This document shows, in pieces, positions 25,677 through 32,000 of a DNA stretch of 32,000 nt; the first letter of the stretch is position 1, and every line of letters starts with the position of its first letter. Location: NCBI RefSeq assembly GCF_000015205.1, contig NC_008701.1, forward strand, positions 777,436 to 809,435, written 5' to 3'. A program made the position numbers and the translations under genes. The notes below the pieces were generated by a model. It had not been told where the DNA came from. It saw only the letters and a list, made by a program, of their open reading frames with translations, and did no database searches. This stretch comes from Pyrobaculum islandicum DSM 4184 (GTDB lineage: Archaea > Thermoproteota > Thermoprotei > Thermoproteales > Thermoproteaceae).

Positions 25677-25842
25677 AAACGCCGTGGCTGAAGAAAGAAA
25701 GATATACGTTTGTATGAGATGCGGCAGAGTGTTTTCTAAGTCTGAAATGGAGATCCTCCCTGGAATTAGATGCCCCTATTGCAACTTCAAAATTATCATG
25801 AAGGTCAGGAGCCCAATGGTTAAGAGAATCCCCGCTATCTGA
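25666..25842 (+). CDS. rpoP: DNA-directed RNA polymerase subunit P (Rpo12)
   Basis: [35 protein letters not shown] is the zinc-ribbon pattern of RpoP/Rpb12. The likely start is ATG 25666 (MVVKNAV...), which overlaps the nadM end by 11 nt. Confidence 0.75.
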   Translation: MVVKNAVAEERKIYVCMRCGRVFSKSEMEILPGIRCPYCNFKIIMKVRSPMVKRIPAI

Positions 25843-26075
25843 TGGCGACGGACTTCTCACAGGCGGCAGAGCAGTTTAGAAAATCAAAGCTTGCAGAAGC
25901 GTTAAGAGTAGATGTAGTCGGAAATAGACTCATAGTCGACGTGGAGACAGGCAGAGTAAGAGGCTATATAATTGCCGTAAGAAAGGGGAGGGTAAGAATG
26001 AGGGTAGATGGCTATACCGTCGTGTGGGACCCCGAGACAGACACCGTTACGTGGGCCGGGGGTAGAGGGCTATAG
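25842..26075 (+). CDS. Hypothetical protein (77 aa)
   Basis: Its start overlaps the rpoP stop (TGATG) and it is beta-rich and basic. I recognise no motif. Confidence 0.45.
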   Translation: MATDFSQAAEQFRKSKLAEALRVDVVGNRLIVDVETGRVRGYIIAVRKGRVRMRVDGYTVVWDPETDTVTWAGGRGL

Positions 26076-26846
26076 CTCTGCTCCCCATTTCCCCACACGT
26101 CGGTATTTACTCAACGCAGATCTAGCCGCATAGATAGAAGACATATAAAATGTCGCAGTAATTAAAACGCCTACTAAAAGCATAAGAATCGGATCTAAAA
26201 GCCAAATCCCCGTGGCGGAGTATACAAGTGGCGCAACCACGTAGTGAAATGGAGAGTACAAGAACCAACGGGCGACCTCGGGAGACATCGCTGTGGGCGG
26301 GATCATGCCGCCAGAAAGCGGAATGCCCCACTGGATGACGTTAGCCGCCACAACTGGGTTTCTCAACTTAATAAAAAACAGAATTGATAGCGACGTTATA
26401 CATGCTGAGGCGAATATAAAGACGGCGAGAGATACGGCAAAATACATAGGTTGCGCAGGCAGTGGTATTTCTCCAAATACAAGGTAGTATACGGCATATT
26501 GAACTGTTATGCCAGGCGCCGCCGCGGCCGCCATAGCTACCGACGTCGAAATTAAAAAAACGTGAAGTCTCTCTGGGGTGACAGCCACGTAGTCCATAAT
26601 CCCGCTTCTGACATAGTTACTAAACATAGCCGCTCCCCATGTCTGTGTTGAAAACATCATCAATGCCAGAGACCCCCAGAACAAGAGACGTGCTGTCTCA
26701 ACTATACTCCCCCCGTACCAAGCCACAGCTAGTATAACAACCAGGAACCACATTGCATCTGCCACGGCGTTTGTGGCAAGGAAAAGCGGCGATTTAAAAT
26801 TGAAAAGGAAAACGCGCCAAAGTTCGTGTATTAAGCTACCAAACAT
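26070..26846 (-). CDS. ABC-2 type transporter permease
   Basis: 258 aa with about six TM helices. It overlaps the upstream permease and lies downstream of the ABC ATPase. Confidence 0.7.
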   Translation of the reverse strand: MFGSLIHELWRVFLFNFKSPLFLATNAVADAMWFLVVILAVAWYGGSIVETARLLFWGSLALMMFSTQTWGAAMFSNYVRSGIMDYVAVTPERLHVFLISTSVAMAAAAAPGITVQYAVYYLVFGEIPLPAQPMYFAVSLAVFIFASACITSLSILFFIKLRNPVVAANVIQWGIPLSGGMIPPTAMSPEVARWFLYSPFHYVVAPLVYSATGIWLLDPILMLLVGVLITATFYMSSIYAARSALSKYRRVGKWGAEL

Positions 26847-27600
26847 GGTAACGCCCAGACCTCTGAAGACTTCTGACGTAGAAGTTCCACACGACGACTC
26901 CTAGTGCAAAGTAGGCCATATAGCCTAACAATGGGCCGAGGAGACGTATAGGCAATTCAAGGGCCAGCGCTAAAGATCTAACGGCCTCGGCCCAAGTGGC
27001 GAAGGGAAGTAGATGAGATATAGCTTGGAGCGCCCCCGGGAGGATAGACGCTGGATATAACGCGCCGCCGAAAAACATCACAGCGGCATTCAAAACTGAA
27101 GAGAGGGGGCCAGGGTTCCGTACATATGGCAGTAGATACGTCAGCGCTAAGGCGATCCCGAGAAGTGGCAGTGAGAAGATTGCTGCTGTCAACACTGCAA
27201 GAGTCATGGCGGCGGCGTATACAGGCCCTTTAATCACAGCCAAAACAACAGCTGCAGTTACTGCAACCCCCAGCCCAAAAAACATAAACTGTGTGACATA
27301 GAAGGCCATTAACACCGCCAGAGGATAGGATGGCGAAGCTATTAAATACTCCAGTTGGCCGCCGGACATAAAGATATACAAATCCCAAAGCGCTTCACTT
27401 GTGGCTATCTGTGCAATTACCGCTATCACAACGCCGACAAGCTGATACACGAACTTCTCAATGTCCGCCTTCCCCCTTGACACTACCCAGCCTGCGGCGT
27501 AGAATAACAAGGCGAAAAAAGGCATAAGCAGAGAAACTGAGAGAGACAGCGCGTAGAGACGGAGGTAGAGCCTAACCGCTAGATATAAGCCGGCTCTCAT
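26836..27600 (-). CDS. ABC-2 type transporter permease
   Basis: 254 aa with about six TM helices. ATGA-type overlap with the ATPase gene stop. Confidence 0.7.
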   Translation of the reverse strand: MRAGLYLAVRLYLRLYALSLSVSLLMPFFALLFYAAGWVVSRGKADIEKFVYQLVGVVIAVIAQIATSEALWDLYIFMSGGQLEYLIASPSYPLAVLMAFYVTQFMFFGLGVAVTAAVVLAVIKGPVYAAAMTLAVLTAAIFSLPLLGIALALTYLLPYVRNPGPLSSVLNAAVMFFGGALYPASILPGALQAISHLLPFATWAEAVRSLALALELPIRLLGPLLGYMAYFALGVVVWNFYVRSLQRSGRYHVW

Positions 27601-28508
27601 GCCCCACCCAATGTCTTTACCAAGACCTCCTCTAGAGGAGGCTCATGAACTCTTGCCTCTACTACTTCGCAACCTTCATCGAGAACCTCCCTTATGAGGA
27701 TCCCAAGCTCTCTTCCGCCAGCGCTGTCTCTAATGAAAATTCTCTCTTCGCCGTTGCAAATCGCCTTTACGACAGCTACAGGTCGGAAGCCCAAGCGGCT
27801 TTTAAGTTCTATGGGAGTCCCCCTGGCTATTATTCGACCGTCTACAATCACAGCAACTTCGTCAGAAAGCTCTTCGACCTCGTAGAGGTTGTGTGAAGTG
27901 AGTAACACAGCCCTTCCCTCATTCTTCAAGCTCTTTATCACCTCTCTTATCTTCCTAGCGCCTACGGGGTCTATGCCCACCGTGGGCTCATCAAGTAGTA
28001 GGAACTCTGGGTTATTTATAAGCGCCTTTGCAAGACCTAGCCTCGCCTTCATCCCGGCGCTATACTCCTCGTAAGGCCTATCCCGCGCTTCCCAAAGACC
28101 CACTAGTTCAATAAGCTCAAGAGCGCGGCGGCGCGCCTCTCTTCTACTAAAGCCATACAACATTCCGTAGTACACTAGATTCTCCAAGCCGGACAGTCTG
28201 CCAAAGAAGCCCTTGTCTGGATAAAGCATTAGTCCTATAATCCGTCTTACCCTATGGGCATCTTTAACTACATCATAACCGCCTATATACACCTCACCTC
28301 TGTCAGGCACTAACAAAGTCGCAAATATACGAACCAACGTGGTTTTGCCAGCGCCGTTCGGCCCCACTAAAGAAAGAAGTCGCCCCCTATCTACAGCTAT
28401 ATCCACCCCTCTCAAGGCCTCTACTATCCTCCGTCTACTTCTAAGGAGGCCAAGACGTTCTCTTGTAATAAACCTTTTATATATGCCGACGCCAATAGCG
28501 AAGCTCAT
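27597..28508 (-). CDS. ABC transporter ATP-binding protein (ABC-2/DrrA-like exporter)
   Basis: Walker A GPNGAGKTT, signature YSAGMKARLGLA, Walker B LLLDEPTVGID and H-loop TSHN. ATG 28508 (MSFAIGV...) is preferred. The ORF track start at TTG 28547 abuts the TATA-like box. Confidence 0.85.
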   Translation of the reverse strand: MSFAIGVGIYKRFITRERLGLLRSRRRIVEALRGVDIAVDRGRLLSLVGPNGAGKTTLVRIFATLLVPDRGEVYIGGYDVVKDAHRVRRIIGLMLYPDKGFFGRLSGLENLVYYGMLYGFSRREARRRALELIELVGLWEARDRPYEEYSAGMKARLGLAKALINNPEFLLLDEPTVGIDPVGARKIREVIKSLKNEGRAVLLTSHNLYEVEELSDEVAVIVDGRIIARGTPIELKSRLGFRPVAVVKAICNGEERIFIRDSAGGRELGILIREVLDEGCEVVEARVHEPPLEEVLVKTLGGA

Positions 28509-28631
28509 GGCTAGCTCTTCGGCGTTAGATAAAAGTCTTCTTGTCAAACTCTCTATATATAAAGGGTGAACTTTGTAAAGTCTATTTTACATGGCGTCAA
28601 GTTTTTAAAACCCTTCTAAAAAGATGTGAGA

Positions 28632-28759
28632 GGGCCCGTAGTCTAGCGGTATGATGCCCGCCTTACAAGGCACACCCGCAACAGCCTAGGAGCGCGGGTG
28701 GTCCCGTCAACCCCCCGCCGGGGGGTTGGGATAAGGTTCGAATCCCGGCGGGCCCACCA
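28632..28759 (+). tRNA. tRNA-Val (anticodon UAC) with two introns; CCA encoded
   Basis: Removing about 28668/9-28692/3 (anticodon loop, about 25 nt) and 28707-28734 (inside the 5' strand of the T stem, 28 nt) yields a perfect 76-nt cloverleaf. That cloverleaf is GGGCCCG-UA-GUCU..UGAU-G-CCCGC-CUUACAA-GCGGG-UGGUC-CCGGG-UUCGAAU-CCCGG-CGGGCCC-A-CCA. Anticodon at 28664-28666. AAGTTTTTAAAA promoter about 28 nt upstream. Confidence 0.85.
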
Positions 28760-28829
28760 AATCTTTCGTCTATGTAAAATAGCGGAACCTCCCTAGAAAG
28801 CTTAAATATAGTGTCTAATAGTGGAAGTA

Positions 28830-28959
28830 GGGGCCGTAGTCTAGCCTGGTAGGATTGGGTCTCGCCCCCTGAGGCGTGGCTTGGGACCGATGTCGGCGAG
28901 AGCCCACGTGATCCCGGGTTCGCGGCGGAGCCGGCCTAAAAATCCCGGCGGCCCCACCA
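28830..28959 (+). tRNA. tRNA-Pro (anticodon UGG) with three introns; CCA encoded
   Basis: The cloverleaf closes only after removing three segments: about 28857-28874 (between the D arm and anticodon stem, 18 nt), about 28887-28903 (anticodon loop, 17 nt) and about 28923-28940 (T loop, 18 nt). The mature sequence is GGGGCCG-UA-GUCU-AGCCUGGUA-GGAU-U-CGUGG-CUUGGGA-CCACG-UGAUC-CCGGG-UUCGAAU-CCCGG-CGGCCCC-A-CCA. Anticodon at 28882-28884. Confidence 0.8.
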
Positions 28960-28991
28960 TTAGTTTTTAAAATCCACACCTTTACAACAAC

Positions 28992-29585
28992 ATGTATGTA
29001 TTTGACCTAGATGGGACGTTAGTTGAATCTGTCAACGCTCACATAGCCGCTTGGTTAGAAGCTCTTAAACTCCTTGGAGTTGAGAAGAGATATGAAGAGG
29101 TTAGGCCTCTGATGGGGTTGCCGGCGCGAGATATCGCCACCGCGCTTTTACCAAATCGCGCATTTGAGCTCGTGGCGTTAAAAAACAAACTCTTCTTGGA
29201 AAAGTATCTGTCTCTAGTGCGCCCTTACGACGATGTATACATTCTGGAGAAGTTGCCTAGACCTATAGCGATTGTTACTTCGTCAAGCGGCTATGTGGCA
29301 CGACGAGTGATAGAAGTAGTAGGTCTAGCACGTCTCATAGATTTTGTCCTAGGCGGCGATGAAGTTCCAAGAGGAAAACCCGCGCCAGATCCCCTCTATG
29401 TTATAAGTCGGCGTTTTTCTGTCGACACCAGAGATATAATCGTTATAGGAGACTCCGATTACGATATGGAGATGGCTAGGAGGGCAGGCGCCTATGGGGT
29501 CTGTATAGCAAGATATAATGTTTGCAACGGCGCAAGGAAAGTCATATACAGTCTTTACGAACTTCTTACACCTCTATCACTATAA
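28992..29585 (+). CDS. HAD-superfamily hydrolase (phosphoglycolate phosphatase / beta-phosphoglucomutase-like)
   Basis: Motif I MYVFDLDGTLVES, motif II IVTSSS, and motif III K...VIGDSDYD. TAGTTTTTAAAA promoter about 30 nt upstream of the ATG. Confidence 0.8.
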   Translation: MYVFDLDGTLVESVNAHIAAWLEALKLLGVEKRYEEVRPLMGLPARDIATALLPNRAFELVALKNKLFLEKYLSLVRPYDDVYILEKLPRPIAIVTSSSGYVARRVIEVVGLARLIDFVLGGDEVPRGKPAPDPLYVISRRFSVDTRDIIVIGDSDYDMEMARRAGAYGVCIARYNVCNGARKVIYSLYELLTPLSL

Positions 29586-29593
29586 GACGATAG

Positions 29594-29694
29594 TGGCGGG
29601 CCCGGTGGGATTCGAACCCACGACCTACGGGTTAAAAGCCTCGGCAGACCTAGCCGGGTCCTCCGCCGCTCTAACCGGGCTGAGCTACGGGCCC
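29594..29694 (-). tRNA. tRNA-Lys (anticodon UUU) with one non-canonical intron in the 5' strand of the anticodon stem; CCA encoded
   Basis: The minus strand reads GGGCCCG-UA-GCUC-AGCCCGGUUA-GAGC-G-GCG[23-nt intron, about 29640-29663]GG-CUUUUAA-CCCGU-AGGUC-GUGGG-UUCGAAU-CCCAC-CGGGCCC-G-CCA. Anticodon at 29634-29636. Confidence 0.8.
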
Positions 29695-29717
29695 CGCAAT
29701 GTTCTATGGCCAACTTT

Positions 29718-30437
29718 TTAAATTTTTTGCCGTTGATACAACAAGCGTTTAAACTCTACGGCGTCTTCATACATATATACATTGTTAAACATTATGTATA
29801 CGCTCTCTCCGCTTAAACGTCTCACTATGGTAGCGAGTCTCTCTAGATCTTCAGAACTGTATTTATACCGGTAATTAACCTCGCCCTTGCCGAGCCCATG
29901 TAGCCGAAAATAGTAAAAATGTCCATGTATAGGATCTCTCTTTAGGGGATCTACTGCAATTACAACTCCTAATTCTGCTATTTTTTGTATAAGCGCTAGG
30001 TCTTTATAGGTCTCTCCCCTAGGCTCCCATGCAATTTTCCACTTGCCAACTATAGAGGCGAAGAAATCGTAGATATACGGCTCCGGTTTTAAACTCGGTG
30101 GCGTTTGAACAACAAGTACCTCTGGCCTAAGCGGCGCTATAGCGTCTACAAACTGTTGCCACAGCTCTAGGTTTTCTTTCGTGGGTTTTAAAACGCCATG
30201 TTTATCAGTGGGTTTAAACCCCCTCGTTCTCTTAAAAGTTGGGCTATTTGGGGGATGCGTAATACCTTGGAACACCTTAGCTGTAAAGTGAAACTCGGGC
30301 GCCTCTTCCCGTAACTTCGCCATTTTCTCAGGGTCTGGCATATTGTAGAAAGTATCTTGTAGTTCTACCGCATCTAATGTGTTGTATATGTATCGTCTAG
30401 ATTTTGGAAATCCGCAAGTACCGACGAAAAATTGCAT
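29718..30437 (-). CDS. DUF72 (UPF0759) family protein
   Basis: The N-terminus MQFFVGTCGFPKSRRYIYNTLDAVELQDTFYNMP matches the DUF72 pattern (iGtsGw...Y..f..vEin.tFY..p). 239 aa. Confidence 0.7.
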   Translation of the reverse strand: MQFFVGTCGFPKSRRYIYNTLDAVELQDTFYNMPDPEKMAKLREEAPEFHFTAKVFQGITHPPNSPTFKRTRGFKPTDKHGVLKPTKENLELWQQFVDAIAPLRPEVLVVQTPPSLKPEPYIYDFFASIVGKWKIAWEPRGETYKDLALIQKIAELGVVIAVDPLKRDPIHGHFYYFRLHGLGKGEVNYRYKYSSEDLERLATIVRRLSGESVYIMFNNVYMYEDAVEFKRLLYQRQKI

Positions 30438-30472
30438 GTAATGAAGTTATAAGTCTATTAAAAATTGAGACT

Positions 30473-30826
30473 GTGGAGAAGAGATCGATATATTCAGGGC
30501 CGCAGAGCTGTTATGCTATTGCCGAGGGAATCTACGTAGAAGGCGGCAGAATGGATTTAGCGAAAGCCGCCGCGCACCTATACCTACATATGAGAGACTT
30601 GGAAAGGGGGTTCACCTACGATCACGAATGTAGACGTATAAAGATGACACCGGAGCTTTTTGAGGCGAGATCTAAGTTTCTAGTTAAACTCTGTAGAGAG
30701 CAAGGCGGCTCCGACTGTGACGAAATAGAGAAGTTGGTAAATTACGTATTGAAAAACTACGAACTACCGACGTGGGCGCTTGAACAAGCTAGAAGAAAAA
30801 TCGTTAAAGTAACTCGTCTAATGTAG
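30473..30826 (+). CDS. Hypothetical protein (start uncertain: GTG 30473 or ATG 30551)
   Basis: The maximal ORF from 30404 would overlap the divergent DUF72 start. It is helical and Cys-containing, and I recognise no motif. Confidence 0.45.
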   Translation: MEKRSIYSGPQSCYAIAEGIYVEGGRMDLAKAAAHLYLHMRDLERGFTYDHECRRIKMTPELFEARSKFLVKLCREQGGSDCDEIEKLVNYVLKNYELPTWALEQARRKIVKVTRLM

Positions 30827-30861
30827 TATAAACCTTTATATACTACGTCTCTAAGGCTGTA

Positions 30862-31071
30862 ATGGACGGAAAAGAGGAAAAGAGACAGGGCGTCGAAGAG
30901 CTTCTCCGCAGACTGCCTGTGGATTATAGAGAGGAGGAGGGCGAAATAGTGGTAAAAGTAGGCAAAGGTAAGAGGTTGCCGGAGTCGCAGTTTAGAGAGA
31001 CTATAAATGAGTTAAAGAAGATGGGATTTAAGTTTGATCCCGATACAAAAACCTGGAGGAAGAAGGTCTAG
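30862..31071 (+). CDS. Small charged hypothetical protein (69 aa)
   Basis: CCTTTATATAC box about 28 nt upstream of the ATG. Lys/Glu-rich, with no recognised motif. Confidence 0.45.
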   Translation: MDGKEEKRQGVEELLRRLPVDYREEEGEIVVKVGKGKRLPESQFRETINELKKMGFKFDPDTKTWRKKV

Positions 31072-31967
31072 AGGTCTACATAAATTTCACCTGGTTTTCC
31101 CCAGCCTCTCGCCATCGCCCTCGTATTATATGCATACGCTGGGTTGCCTCTAGCGTCTATCCCAATGATTCCCACAGTGCCAGAGCCGTAGATTTCGGTG
31201 GTTTGTTTTACAACATTCTCTACGGCCTTTGTTATATCGCCTGTTTTTATAAGCTCGTCTCGCGCTCTGAGACAAAGATGCGACATTATAATTACCTCGC
31301 CTATCCCCGTGGCGCTAAATGCCCCAACGCCGTTTTCAGCCCAATAACCAGCCCCAGGTATAGGGCTGTCTCCCACCCTGCCCGGCCACTTAAGCCATAC
31401 GCCACCTGTAGACGTCGCTGCCGCTAGATTGCCGTCTCTATCAAGTGCAACAGCGCCTACAGTATCGCCAAGAAGACTAAGTACTTTTTTATAAGGCCAC
31501 CTCCCCTGTCTAGCCTCGTTGATAACCTCTAGAAACCTTTTGTTTTTCTCCTCTGTATAGAACTTGTGCCGCGCCTCTAGTAGGCCCACTCTCGCTGCGA
31601 GAAGTCTAGCGCCCTCTCCTGCCAAAATTATGTGGTCAGTAAGCTCCATCACATAACGAGCTAATCTCACGGCACTTTTAACGCCTTCAACTGCAGCAAC
31701 GGCGCCGGCGCGTTTTGTCTTTCCGTCCATCACGCCAGCGTCTAAATATATACCTCCATCTATCGCATATGCGGCCCCATAGCCTGCATTAAAAACACCG
31801 CTACTCTCCATATATTCCACTGATACAATTACTGCATCTAGTGCAGAGCCTCTCTGCGCAGCGAGGATACCCTCCTCGATAGCCCCCCTGAGTGTCTTTT
31901 TTACTCTCTCTTTCTCGTCTTCGCCTATTTTCCAGAGACCGGCGCCGCCGTGTACTGCGACAATCAC
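31068..31967 (-). CDS. Isoaspartyl peptidase / plant-type L-asparaginase (Ntn hydrolase)
   Basis: HGGAG at the N-terminus and the autoprocessing block GDTVGAVALDRDGNLAAATSTGG. 299 aa. Confidence 0.85.
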   Translation of the reverse strand: MIVAVHGGAGLWKIGEDEKERVKKTLRGAIEEGILAAQRGSALDAVIVSVEYMESSGVFNAGYGAAYAIDGGIYLDAGVMDGKTKRAGAVAAVEGVKSAVRLARYVMELTDHIILAGEGARLLAARVGLLEARHKFYTEEKNKRFLEVINEARQGRWPYKKVLSLLGDTVGAVALDRDGNLAAATSTGGVWLKWPGRVGDSPIPGAGYWAENGVGAFSATGIGEVIIMSHLCLRARDELIKTGDITKAVENVVKQTTEIYGSGTVGIIGIDARGNPAYAYNTRAMARGWGKPGEIYVDL

Positions 31968-32000
31968 TCTATTAACGTAATTTTGTCTTCTAAATCTCGT

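Noticed and set aside
29518-29721. A 67-aa + strand ORF
   Set aside because: It is fully explained by the minus-strand tRNA-Lys gene. The translation includes GFEPTTYGL, which is typical of tRNA antisense read-through.

Overview
This window looks like chromosome from a hyperthermophilic crenarchaeon of the Thermoproteales (Pyrobaculum/Thermoproteus-like). Three things support that: a crenactin-arcadin cluster, tRNA genes with several non-canonical introns, and start codons that sit about 30 nt downstream of an AAAGTTTTT-type BRE/TATA box, which implies leaderless mRNAs. No database search was possible, so every functional call rests on motifs read from the translations and the DNA.

The window has five parts:

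- (1) 1-9542, + strand. A tightly packed 13-gene locus that I could not match to any named system. It encodes a divergent secretion-family ATPase, two small soluble proteins, a TadC/FlaJ-like platform protein, and one canonical class III signal-peptide pilin. It also encodes a coiled-coil protein anchored by its C-terminal tail, seven small proteins anchored at the N-terminus and rich in N-glycosylation sequons, and a secreted protein of about 1000 aa. The locus is punctuated by six stop-codon-embedded promoter cassettes. This is my best candidate for an undescribed system: a type IV pilus-like surface filament or adhesion machine.
- (2) 9543-10019. A GC-rich, highly structured non-coding island.
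- (3) 10020-20662. Housekeeping genes plus the complete crenactin/arcadin cluster, a tRNA-splicing endonuclease operon and a C/D box sRNA candidate.
- (4) 20700-21500. A GC-rich relic of an IS200/IS605-type tnpB gene. The adjacent hairpins are intact and their loops are complementary to each other.
- (5) 21534-32000. glyS, a CDF transporter, agmatinase, an antisense C/D box sRNA, nadM, rpoP, an ABC-2 exporter, three intron-containing tRNAs, and HAD, DUF72 and asparaginase genes.

No CRISPR array and no rRNA were seen.
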